In this document: positions 16,103-23,422 of the stretch, piece by piece
How the letters are laid out: every line of letters starts with the position of its first letter
Numbering within the stretch: the first letter of the stretch is position 1
NCBI GenBank assembly: GCA_964526355.1
Contig: CAZGJE010000003.1
Location: 1 to 24,426, forward strand
From: an uncultured Candidatus Saccharibacteria bacterium
Lineage (GTDB): Bacteria > Patescibacteriota > UBA1384 > XYA2-FULL-43-10 > 1-14-0-10-43-13
Direction: 5' to 3'
Length of the DNA: 24,426 nucleotides
The notes under the pieces: model-generated
What the model was told of the DNA's origin: nothing
The model's database searches: none
The model's input: only the letters and a program-made list of their open reading frames with translations
Made by a program: the position numbers and the translations under genes

Positions 16103-16161
16103 AAAAAATGGTCTAGCAGTGCAAGACCATCCAATTTATCAATAAATTGTAAGGAAGTCAA
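16103..16161 (-). promoter_or_regulatory. tRNA terminator hairpin overlapped by the promoter of the pentein gene
   Basis: TTGACT (16161-16156), 17 nt, TAAATT (16138-16133). Hairpin ATGGTCT/AGACCAT at 16108-16130 with a U tract. Confidence 0.55.
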
Positions 16162-16171
16162 TCAATATTTG

Positions 16172-16247
16172 TGGTACCCGCGAAGGGAATCGGACCCCCG
16201 ACCTCTCGGACCGGAACCGAGCGCTCTATCCACTGAGCTACGCGGGC
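16172..16247 (-). tRNA. tRNA-Arg (anticodon CCG), 76 nt, CCA encoded
   Basis: GCCCGCG TA GCTC AGTGGATA GAGC G CTCGG TTCCGGT CCGAG AGGTC GGGGG TCCGATT CCCTT CGCGGGT A CCA folds as a cloverleaf. Promoter TTGAAT-17-TATAAA at 16299-16271. Confidence 0.96.
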
Positions 16248-16306
16248 ACAACAAAACAAGATACCATCCATTTATACTTTAGATGTACATAATATTCAAC
16301 TAGAGT

Positions 16307-16759
16307 TTATTCATCTGCGTTGCGATAGTCTTTGCGAAAGATAAGTTGCATGAATTCAACAACAATTCCGATAGTAGTGCCAAAGGAGGCTGCAGCAAGT
16401 ACTATCTTGGCTAGTTTGTCCCAGTTGAAACTGGTATACATAGAAAAATCAAATGGAAAGACGAAAAATAGCGACAAAAGCGCCAGAAGCCCGAAGCTGT
16501 TCATGATAAGGCGGACAAAACCATGGAACCATTTGGGATCGTGTAGGATAAGCAGAAGATTCCCGACGATGGTCGCAAGGTAAGAGAGAGTCAAAATCCA
16601 TTGGACAGAGTCAAAATCGGTGGTGAGAAACGGGACATGCCAGGCCAGTAAATTGCTTACGACCCAAATCATTACAGCGTTGGTTACAACAATACTAGCG
16701 TAACCTATTTTACCTGCATGGTGATTTTTTGCGCTATCGCTTGAGTTTTTCTTGGCCAT
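16307..16759 (-). CDS. Hypothetical integral membrane protein (about 4 TM)
   Basis: RBS GGAGGGG; four hydrophobic segments. Confidence 0.8.
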   Translation of the reverse strand: MAKKNSSDSAKNHHAGKIGYASIVVTNAVMIWVVSNLLAWHVPFLTTDFDSVQWILTLSYLATIVGNLLLILHDPKWFHGFVRLIMNSFGLLALLSLFFVFPFDFSMYTSFNWDKLAKIVLAAASFGTTIGIVVEFMQLIFRKDYRNADE

Positions 16760-16902
16760 TCCCCTCCTTGTGTTATTATTAATATTTTAACCCAAAATCA
16801 AGGTAATGTAAAAGATGGAGTTGACAGGAAAGGGTATGGGCGCTAGATTATACATACTGCCGATTATTTCATCGAGCAGATTTATTTGTAATAAAGGAAA
16901 AT

Positions 16903-17559
16903 ATGAGAGATAAGATTATATTTGTAACAATTGCTGCAGTCTTAGTATCAGGGCTAAGTTATTTTTTGATAAAGGGACGAGGCAAATTGCCAACACCAAA
17001 TCTGAATACTGAAAAAGCAGAAATACTGAAAATTAAAGCTAACGACCATGTTCGTGGCAATTTGAACGCACCAATCACTATCGTCGAATACTCCGATTTT
17101 CAGTGCCCGTATTGCGTAAAATACGCCTATACTCTCCAGGAAATTATGGTTGCCTACCCAGGCAAGATCAAATGGGTCTTCCGTCATTATCCGCTACCAT
17201 TTCACCAAGCAGCCAAGGGAGCCGGTACTGCAGCTGAGGCAGCCGGAAACCAAGGTAGATTCTGGGAGTACGCAGATATATTGTTCGAAAAATCTCAGGC
17301 CGATGGCACAGGGTTTTCGAATGATGATTTAGTCCAATATGCAGTACAACTCGGGCTGGATGTAAACCAATTTAGTAGCGACGCCGATAACCCGAAATAT
17401 GAGCAGAAGATCAATAGCGATACTGCCGATGGAGATAAGTTAAAAATTACTGGAACTCCAGCAAGCTTCCTTATCGATGACGAGGGCAACATTCAGGATC
17501 TGACCGGCAACGTTCCCTACGATCAGTTGAAGCAGAAGATCGATGCGATTCTGAAATAA
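16903..17559 (+). CDS. DsbA-family thioredoxin-fold oxidoreductase, membrane anchored
   Basis: DHVRGNLNAPITIVEYSDFQCPYC, WVFRHYPL, ITGTPA (cis-Pro loop). Confidence 0.93.
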   Translation: MRDKIIFVTIAAVLVSGLSYFLIKGRGKLPTPNLNTEKAEILKIKANDHVRGNLNAPITIVEYSDFQCPYCVKYAYTLQEIMVAYPGKIKWVFRHYPLPFHQAAKGAGTAAEAAGNQGRFWEYADILFEKSQADGTGFSNDDLVQYAVQLGLDVNQFSSDADNPKYEQKINSDTADGDKLKITGTPASFLIDDEGNIQDLTGNVPYDQLKQKIDAILK

Positions 17560-17566
17560 TTGAATT

Positions 17567-17600
17567 AAAAAAAATAGCTCCCTCGAAGGAGCTATTTTTT
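17567..17600. terminator. Bidirectional terminator
   Basis: AAAAAAAATAGCTCC-ctcgaa-GGAGCTATTTTTT between convergent genes. Confidence 0.88.
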
Positions 17601-17606
17601 GTATCC

Positions 17607-18176
17607 TCAACCTTTTGCTTTATATACTCCGCCGTGGCCAGGAATTATATAGTCCGAAAGGGTTAAAACTTTTTTGCGGGATTCTGATAATTTTTCATTA
17701 TCAAGTGCATATGGATCTTTGTCGGGATAATTTTCTTTCCAGAAAACATCGCCAACGATAGCGACTGTCCCCTTATCAGTTTTTACCAACATCGAAAGAC
17801 CATCATAGCTATGACCTGGAGTTTTGATTATTTCAATATCTGGCCCAATATTTTTGGGTCGCTCTTTTGGTTTTCCGCCGATCCACTCGCCCCAATATTC
17901 GACAACGGGCGTCGTTGCAGGAAACATGCCGACGTTCCGGTAGTGATCGATATGAGAATGTGTGATGAAGATATGGGTGATATCTTTGATCGCCAGACCC
18001 TCTTTGGCAAGCGAATCAACCAAGATTTGTTGATCGTTTAACACGCCCGGGTCAACAAGAATTCTGTACTCTCCAGCCAAAACCAGAGAGGTCGTGCAGG
18101 CGTCGTTCTCTTCTTCTCCTTTTTCGACTGAGTCAGCGTTGGTCCAGCCCTGTATCAGTATTTTGACTTCTGTCAT
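17607..18176 (-). CDS. MBL-fold metallo-hydrolase
   Basis: LVDPG, THSHIDH, TPGHS, IVGDVF, IIPGHG. Confidence 0.92.
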   Translation of the reverse strand: MTEVKILIQGWTNADSVEKGEEENDACTTSLVLAGEYRILVDPGVLNDQQILVDSLAKEGLAIKDITHIFITHSHIDHYRNVGMFPATTPVVEYWGEWIGGKPKERPKNIGPDIEIIKTPGHSYDGLSMLVKTDKGTVAIVGDVFWKENYPDKDPYALDNEKLSESRKKVLTLSDYIIPGHGGVYKAKG

Positions 18177-18646
18177 TTTTTGATCTCTTCTTTTCTTTTT
18201 TCAAATTTGAACCAGCCAAGAACAAGAGCAAATAGCATGCCTACAGTCACTATAATGAAGCGAAATTTTACATCCTCCGTCATCATTCCACGAATTATGC
18301 CATAGATGAGGGTGAAAAGACTCCCGAGCAAAATGCCGTCTGAAAAAATAACAACTTTGTCGACGATCAGCAAGCTTGTAACCATTAAAATGATACTGGC
18401 AGAGAGAGCAATAATAGAAACATTTCTGTTGTGCTTGCCGTCTCTCTCCTGATAGGCCTTCTGTATCTGGTCATAATTTCTCTGTGCCTCAATAGTCGCC
18501 AGTGCAGTGCCAGTTTTATCAGTGGAATATTGCAAGGCAGCTGGATACTCTGGTGCTTTCTCCCCAGGATAGAAGACTTCGATACCCAGACCAATAAATA
18601 GCGCAATTATCGCCCCGAGAAGTATCGAATAAAGTATTTTGATCAT
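18173..18646 (-). CDS. Hypothetical membrane protein (paralog of the next gene)
   Basis: TM-FYP..PEYP-helical loop-3 TM; overlaps the MBL start by 4 nt. Confidence 0.8.
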   Translation of the reverse strand: MIKILYSILLGAIIALFIGLGIEVFYPGEKAPEYPAALQYSTDKTGTALATIEAQRNYDQIQKAYQERDGKHNRNVSIIALSASIILMVTSLLIVDKVVIFSDGILLGSLFTLIYGIIRGMMTEDVKFRFIIVTVGMLFALVLGWFKFEKRKEEIKK

Positions 18647-18647
18647 A

Positions 18648-19124
18648 TTATTCCTTTGTGTCGCTAGCGCTATCTAGCTTGCCAAATTTTAGTAGGCCAA
18701 TGCCCTTCACGACCAGAAGACTGATCAAAACTGCATAAAAGTTGAATCTAGATGAAACAATGTATGGATTCGGTATGAATGTTAGGTAAAGAAGCACAAG
18801 GCCGCCAACTGCGGCGCCGTTATAAAGCGGGGCCAATTTTCCCGATGAACAGAATATACCGACTGCAATCAAGACCAAGCTTGCAGACAGTGCCATTGCC
18901 AATGATATCTGTGAGTGGGTATCAGATGATTTGTTGTAATCTTCAACCTTTGAATCATATTGTGTCTGAGCAGCTTGCTGAGAGGAAGTCAAATCACCTG
19001 AAACCATCTGAAGCTCAGCAGGATATTCAGGATAATTCGTGACAGGATAAAACGTCTGAATCGCAAAATTAATAGTGATAGCAGCCAGGACTCCCATAAA
19101 GATCGCATAAATTGCCTTGGTCAT
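18648..19124 (-). CDS. Hypothetical membrane protein (paralog of the previous gene)
   Basis: Same architecture: IY.I..G....I..FYP..YPEYPA.LQ, then 3 TM. Confidence 0.8.
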   Translation of the reverse strand: MTKAIYAIFMGVLAAITINFAIQTFYPVTNYPEYPAELQMVSGDLTSSQQAAQTQYDSKVEDYNKSSDTHSQISLAMALSASLVLIAVGIFCSSGKLAPLYNGAAVGGLVLLYLTFIPNPYIVSSRFNFYAVLISLLVVKGIGLLKFGKLDSASDTKE

Positions 19125-19146
19125 TTAGCTCCTTTTTAATACTTTG

Positions 19147-19704
19147 TTAGATTATATTCCGCAATGCGTCGTCGAGCAAGTTAACATCCCGACTGTATAG
19201 CGGTGTCGCCAGCTCTTTGGCCTTGGTCGAGGAAATTCTCTTATACATCCAATCAAACTTTTTTCTCATTTCTGCCTCTGGAACTTCGCCGAGATGGCCG
19301 ACATGCCTAGGAGCATTTACCTCAAGGTAGCTTAAGGAATCGGCATCTTTGAGCAAATTTTGGTCATCGCTACCGCCTATCTCGTGCTTTGATATTATCT
19401 CGCTAACTAAGTTTGCAAACTCCTTGGCCATCCCCTCTTGTGTGAGAAAATCATACATTATCGAAGCACTTTTTTCTTGATGTTCCGTCAATTGTTCAGG
19501 CCGCTCATATATCAGTCGCATACGGTCCCCCTTCGTGGTCTTAAATGCTCTCTCTACATCATGACTATACGCAGCAATCTGGAGAGTCAAATCGGCCTTG
19601 GGTCGCAACACTAGGAGCCAATGTAGGGTTCTCTCATAGTGCGGCTTCTTCTTGCCGAATGCCCCGTCAACAAACTCAATTGTTTTTGCTAGAATGCTTT
19701 CCAT
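19147..19704 (-). CDS. HD-domain-like protein (DUF4202-like)
   Basis: HYERTLHWL, IAAYSHDVER, HQEKSA, ISKHE, LLKDADSLSY. Confidence 0.75.
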   Translation of the reverse strand: MESILAKTIEFVDGAFGKKKPHYERTLHWLLVLRPKADLTLQIAAYSHDVERAFKTTKGDRMRLIYERPEQLTEHQEKSASIMYDFLTQEGMAKEFANLVSEIISKHEIGGSDDQNLLKDADSLSYLEVNAPRHVGHLGEVPEAEMRKKFDWMYKRISSTKAKELATPLYSRDVNLLDDALRNII

Positions 19705-19709
19705 CTGAA

Positions 19710-20624
19710 TTATCTATTTAATAAATATGTGCCTAAAAAGATTACCCCGATTGCGATAATTTTTTGGACCAGATTTCGCTTTGATAATGTTTCGTGTGCA
19801 AGTTTCGGTGTAAGAAGAGTGAGAATGACACCGAAGAGAAGGACGAAGAACGGCTGCAACCCGTTACTGACTACCGAAACGATAGCAAGAGGCATTAGCA
19901 ACATCGCATATGTGAAAATCAAGCCAGCCGCCACATTGATAATCTCATTGAAAAAAGTAATGCCCAGGACAAAGGACTTTCTGTGGCCGATGATCTCAGA
20001 AAAAACTTTTCTCCAGCTTGGGTTCAAGTTAAATACGACGACACCAGCGATGAAGAGGCCCAAGAAATCCCAAAACTGTGTATTCCAGTAGTTGCTCTCT
20101 ACCGCCACATACTTGAAGGCCAATCCGTTGACAGCTGTGACTAGAGTGCACAATAGCATCGGTAATATGACATGCATCTTGAGTTTAAATTTGTTACCAA
20201 CAGATTCTAGAGTTAGGATCATCGAACCGGCGATAACTAGCAGACAAGCAAAAATCTGGGGGCCAGACAGGAATTCATTTAAGAAAAACATGCCGAGGAA
20301 ATAGCGAAAAATAGGGATGAGCTGAAACAGTGGTACGACGACTGATGGACTATCCTTTTTTAGCGCAACTAGATAGAGATAACCACTCAGGAAACTAGCT
20401 GCCCCAGAAACCAACATTATCAGTGCTGATTTTGGCTCAATAGAGATGGAGCTGAAACGGAACAATAATACATAGAGAGCGACCAATACACCAAAGAATG
20501 CGGTAAATAACATAAAAGGACCGCCATCGCGGTTCTTGAAAAATTTACCCAGCATGTATTTGTCGATGTGGTTAGAAAGTGCCCAGAGAGCTGGCGGAAT
20601 GATAGAAAATATTAACCAATTCAT
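19710..20624 (-). CDS. EamA/DMT family transporter
   Basis: About 10 TM in two repeats; LWALSNHIDK, SVVVPLFQLIP, FLNEFLS. Confidence 0.85.
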   Translation of the reverse strand: MNWLIFSIIPPALWALSNHIDKYMLGKFFKNRDGGPFMLFTAFFGVLVALYVLLFRFSSISIEPKSALIMLVSGAASFLSGYLYLVALKKDSPSVVVPLFQLIPIFRYFLGMFFLNEFLSGPQIFACLLVIAGSMILTLESVGNKFKLKMHVILPMLLCTLVTAVNGLAFKYVAVESNYWNTQFWDFLGLFIAGVVVFNLNPSWRKVFSEIIGHRKSFVLGITFFNEIINVAAGLIFTYAMLLMPLAIVSVVSNGLQPFFVLLFGVILTLLTPKLAHETLSKRNLVQKIIAIGVIFLGTYLLNR

Positions 20625-20707
20625 AATGAAATTATACGCTTTTTAGACCGTTTATTCAATTTTGAAATACATAAATTCGCGATGTTATCCTTGCATAAGA
20701 ACACATT

Positions 20708-20736
20708 TTGCGCTATAGTGTCAACATCCAAACTTT
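20708..20736 (+). promoter_or_regulatory. Sigma70 promoter of the reductase-like gene; divergent promoter for EamA at 20659-20631
   Basis: TTGCAT-17-TATAGT on plus; TTGAAT-17-TATAAT on minus. Confidence 0.6.
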
Positions 20737-20775
20737 AGCAATCATGCTAAGTCGACGCACACAAGGGAGGGAGCT

Positions 20776-21957
20776 ATGCAACAACTACTGGAATTAGCGC
20801 AACCGAGAACTATTGAGGGCATTTTCCTCGTTAATTCTGAGACAATCGAACACATGAAGGGTCATGTGGTCAAGAAGTATCCGTTTTTCGCGAAATGGCC
20901 AGCCTGGGCTATCGCACCGCTAATGCAGATCGTGACCTTTCTGAAACCCGACATCTTAAAGATGGGGTTTATCTCGAAGGAGATCGGGACAGCGGGGAAC
21001 GAACAACTTGCCAAACTCTGGTTTGTGGGCGTGCCATTTACACCCAGGATGATGAAGAACTGGTTCCTATCCTGGATTACCATCGTCTTCATGATCCGGA
21101 TTATCCGACACTGGCTCAAGCGCAATGCAATGATAGTGGGTTTGGGCGGCTGGACTGCTATTGTCCGTGACAAAGGCCAGACAATCGCCGAGAAGTTCGG
21201 CTCTCATCTGGCTGTAACGACAGGTAATGCCTTTACTGCTCTGATGGCAGTACTTGGCCTCCGCGCTATGGCTGACAAGGTTGGCTATAATACCGAGACC
21301 ATGACGGCTGCAATTATCGGCGCAGGCGGAAGCTGTGGTCGCAACTGCGCCAAACTGCTGGCGCCGCACGTCAAAAAGCTTTTTCTGGTTGGACGTGCTG
21401 GCAGCGATATTAGCCCTTTGTTCGCGCTTTCAGCCGAAATCATGAAAGCCAACCCCCATTTGGAAGTTTATGTCACAGACATCATCCAGGAAGCGCTTTT
21501 CGAGTCACTTCTCGTAATTACAATTACCAGTGCTACAGACGTGTTGGACATCCAGGCAAGCGACTTCCTGCCAGGAACGATTGTAGCCGACGCCGCTAGA
21601 CCCAGGGATGTGGCGGCAAAGATTGCAGGCAATAAGAAAATCATGGTGATCGATGGCGCAGTTGTTGAAATCCCTGACATAGCTGAGCAAACCTGGTTCT
21701 TCGGCGACTTCCCCGAGGGGATTGTCTACGCCTGCATGGCAGAAACCTGGATTCTGCTCGTCGAAGGCTACGAGTGTGGAGTCTACTCGCTCGGTGATGT
21801 AGAACTCGAATGGATCAAACGGATTGCTGTCATGCCCGAGGCCAAGCGCCTCCGGGCAGCAGGTATTCGTTCGTTCGAACAGCGTGTTACCGAAGATCGG
21901 ATCGCCGAATTCGTCGCGATCATATGCGAGGAACAGGCAAAATTGTGCGTGAAGTGA
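20776..21957 (+). CDS. NAD(P)-dependent oxidoreductase, COG5322 / acyl-ACP reductase (AAR)-like
   Basis: IVGLGGWTAIV, VTTGNAFTA, Rossmann AAIIGAGGSCG, DAARPRD, IDGAVV, VYACMAETWIL (AAR catalytic Cys motif FACFAE). Confidence 0.78.
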   Translation: MQQLLELAQPRTIEGIFLVNSETIEHMKGHVVKKYPFFAKWPAWAIAPLMQIVTFLKPDILKMGFISKEIGTAGNEQLAKLWFVGVPFTPRMMKNWFLSWITIVFMIRIIRHWLKRNAMIVGLGGWTAIVRDKGQTIAEKFGSHLAVTTGNAFTALMAVLGLRAMADKVGYNTETMTAAIIGAGGSCGRNCAKLLAPHVKKLFLVGRAGSDISPLFALSAEIMKANPHLEVYVTDIIQEALFESLLVITITSATDVLDIQASDFLPGTIVADAARPRDVAAKIAGNKKIMVIDGAVVEIPDIAEQTWFFGDFPEGIVYACMAETWILLVEGYECGVYSLGDVELEWIKRIAVMPEAKRLRAAGIRSFEQRVTEDRIAEFVAIICEEQAKLCVK

Positions 21958-21968
21958 GACCCATATCA

Positions 21969-22004
21969 AGGTGGAAGATATTATATCTTTCACCTATTTT
22001 ATTT
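21969..22004 (+). terminator. Intrinsic terminator of the reductase-like gene
   Basis: AGGTGGAAGAT-attat-ATCTTTCACCT then ATTTTATTT. Confidence 0.75.
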
Positions 22005-22013
22005 GTGAAAAAC

Positions 22014-22545
22014 AAAAAATCCCCAGAGGGGAAATTGATATGAAGGTTGCCTGGTGTGGCCCCCGGAAAGCCCGGGGACCACGCTTACGGATCGTGTTTT
22101 CAGTGGCGGCTGCCCGCCTCGAGCCGGTACGTAACCGATGTTTCGGAATTCTTCCGTGACTGTGGGCGCTCTCGCCCGATCTGTGCCGCACCAGCGGCTG
22201 GACTAGGTTGTTTGACCCAGAGAGGAGAAGATAGGGTCACCCCGACATCTCTCTCCGGGTGCCGTGACAGGATGCAAGCTTACACAGGGTGGCGCTTGAG
22301 CAGCGATACCAAATGTTGCGTCGTCTGGCACGAGGGCCAGAGCTGCCACCAAGACGCTTGCGAGGCCTGTCGAGCGGTAGTAAAAGGCTACCCTCTGCAT
22401 AAGCACCTCCAGCGCAGTCGGGACCAGAAGAGTGGTCTAACTCTTTGGTCAAAGGAAAGAAGCGATCATTTTCCAATGGGGAGGCGTTTTAAGCCGCATA
22501 GACCGTGGAACGCGATCACTATAGGGATCCAGCTGGGTACTGGAT
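22014..22545 (-). ncRNA. Candidate large structured non-coding RNA (about 530 nt), family not recognised
   Basis: Dedicated promoter at 22580-22552, putative terminator at 22032-22008, about 13 helices tiling the interval, strand-specific G.U pairs and GNRA loops, no credible ORF. Confidence 0.62.
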
Positions 22546-22551
22546 GGAGAG

Positions 22552-22580
22552 ATAATATCAAAAGATTTTGGCTAAATCAA
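22552..22580 (-). promoter_or_regulatory. Sigma70 promoter pointing into the 22.0-22.5 kb non-coding region
   Basis: TTGATT (22580-22575), 17 nt, extended TGa-TATTAT (22557-22552). Predicted start A at 22545 is the first base of a 5' hairpin. Confidence 0.7.
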
Positions 22581-22624
22581 TATTTCCAATTATATCTGGC
22601 TTTTCAATGTGGTAAAATATATTA

Positions 22625-23422
22625 ATGAACAAGTATTTCCAATACTTTTTGACCACGATGAAGGTCAATACTGCCTACACTGGCAACTATTTTCTCCTGG
22701 TCACCTTCGATCTAGTTTATTTTTTCGTGTTCTTTGCCCTCTGGACTTCCGTATATAAATCGGGCAACATTGTTGAAATCGCTGGCTATACTCTTTCTGG
22801 TATTATTTCATACTATTTCATATCAGAAATAATTTTTAAATTCGCCGATGTGATGACCTCGATGTATGTGAACTGGCAAATCTGGTCAGGGTATTTCACC
22901 AACGATCTAATAAAACCCTGGAATGTGCTATCGATTAGTTATATCGACGCATTCAGCGAAAAAATAATAAATTTGATCGTGTCATTACCTGCCTCCATAA
23001 TCATGTTCCTGATCGCCAGAGAGTTTATTACGCTCCCCTCCGGCCCGAATACTCTGTACCTCGTAATCACAATTATGCTTGGATTCGTTATGAACTGTGC
23101 CTTCAATATCTGCTTGCACGTACTTTGCCTCAAATTTGGCGATCAGGAGTCGAATATCGAGCTTGGAAACTATTTAGCGATGTTTCTAGCTGGCGCCTTC
23201 TTCCCGCTCGCTTTTCTCCCAGAAAAAATAGAATTTATTTTTAATCTCTTGCCCTTTAAATATATTTTTTACGTCCCGGCCAATATATTTTTGAACAAGA
23301 TGAGTCTGCATGAAATCTTAACAGCTTGGGCGATGATAATTTTCTGGTCTGTTATCTTCATTTTGACATACAAAATCATATACAAAAAAACGATCAAATA
23401 TTATACGGGAACGGGAAGATGA
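22625..23422 (+). CDS. ABC-2 family transporter permease (DUF990/ABC2_membrane_6 type)
   Basis: 6 TM; IWSG.FTNDLIKP, FLAGAFFPLAFLP, LPFKYIFYVPANIF, YYTGTGR end. Confidence 0.88.
   Translation: MNKYFQYFLTTMKVNTAYTGNYFLLVTFDLVYFFVFFALWTSVYKSGNIVEIAGYTLSGIISYYFISEIIFKFADVMTSMYVNWQIWSGYFTNDLIKPWNVLSISYIDAFSEKIINLIVSLPASIIMFLIAREFITLPSGPNTLYLVITIMLGFVMNCAFNICLHVLCLKFGDQESNIELGNYLAMFLAGAFFPLAFLPEKIEFIFNLLPFKYIFYVPANIFLNKMSLHEILTAWAMIIFWSVIFILTYKIIYKKTIKYYTGTGR

Noticed and set aside
4700-16200. Integrative element bounded by ssrA or tRNA-Arg att sites, or an integron cassette array
   Set aside because: No integrase or transposase, no duplicated 3' end of either RNA, and no recurring RYYYAAC..GTTRRRY attC structure seen.
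16804-16827. Possible second XRE operator (TGTAAA..TTGACA) at the dsbA promoter
   Set aside because: Half-site spacing is 8 rather than 6 nt, and the right half is simply the -35 box.
22185-22420. Group I intron interpretation of the structured region (UAGUCCAG and ACGGCACCC resemble Azoarcus P7'/P3')
   Set aside because: No room for P6 and the P7 5' strand before the putative P3', J8/7 is not AAGAUA-like, and there is no interrupted host gene.
22014-22545. RNase P RNA, T-box, cobalamin riboswitch or group II D5 as identity of the structured region
   Set aside because: GAGGAAAGUCC and ACAGAA..CGGCUUA, GGUGGUACCGCG, the full B12 box and a 34-nt D5 are absent on both strands; only short chance fragments match.
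22047-22625. 192-aa ORF, plus the small ORFs 22040-22159, 22203-22406 and 22237-22476
   Set aside because: Cys/Arg/Gly-rich composition typical of translated GC-rich non-coding DNA, no motifs and no plus-strand promoter seen. The GAGGGG before ATG 22040 is one arm of the terminator hairpin. Not fully excluded without homolog data.
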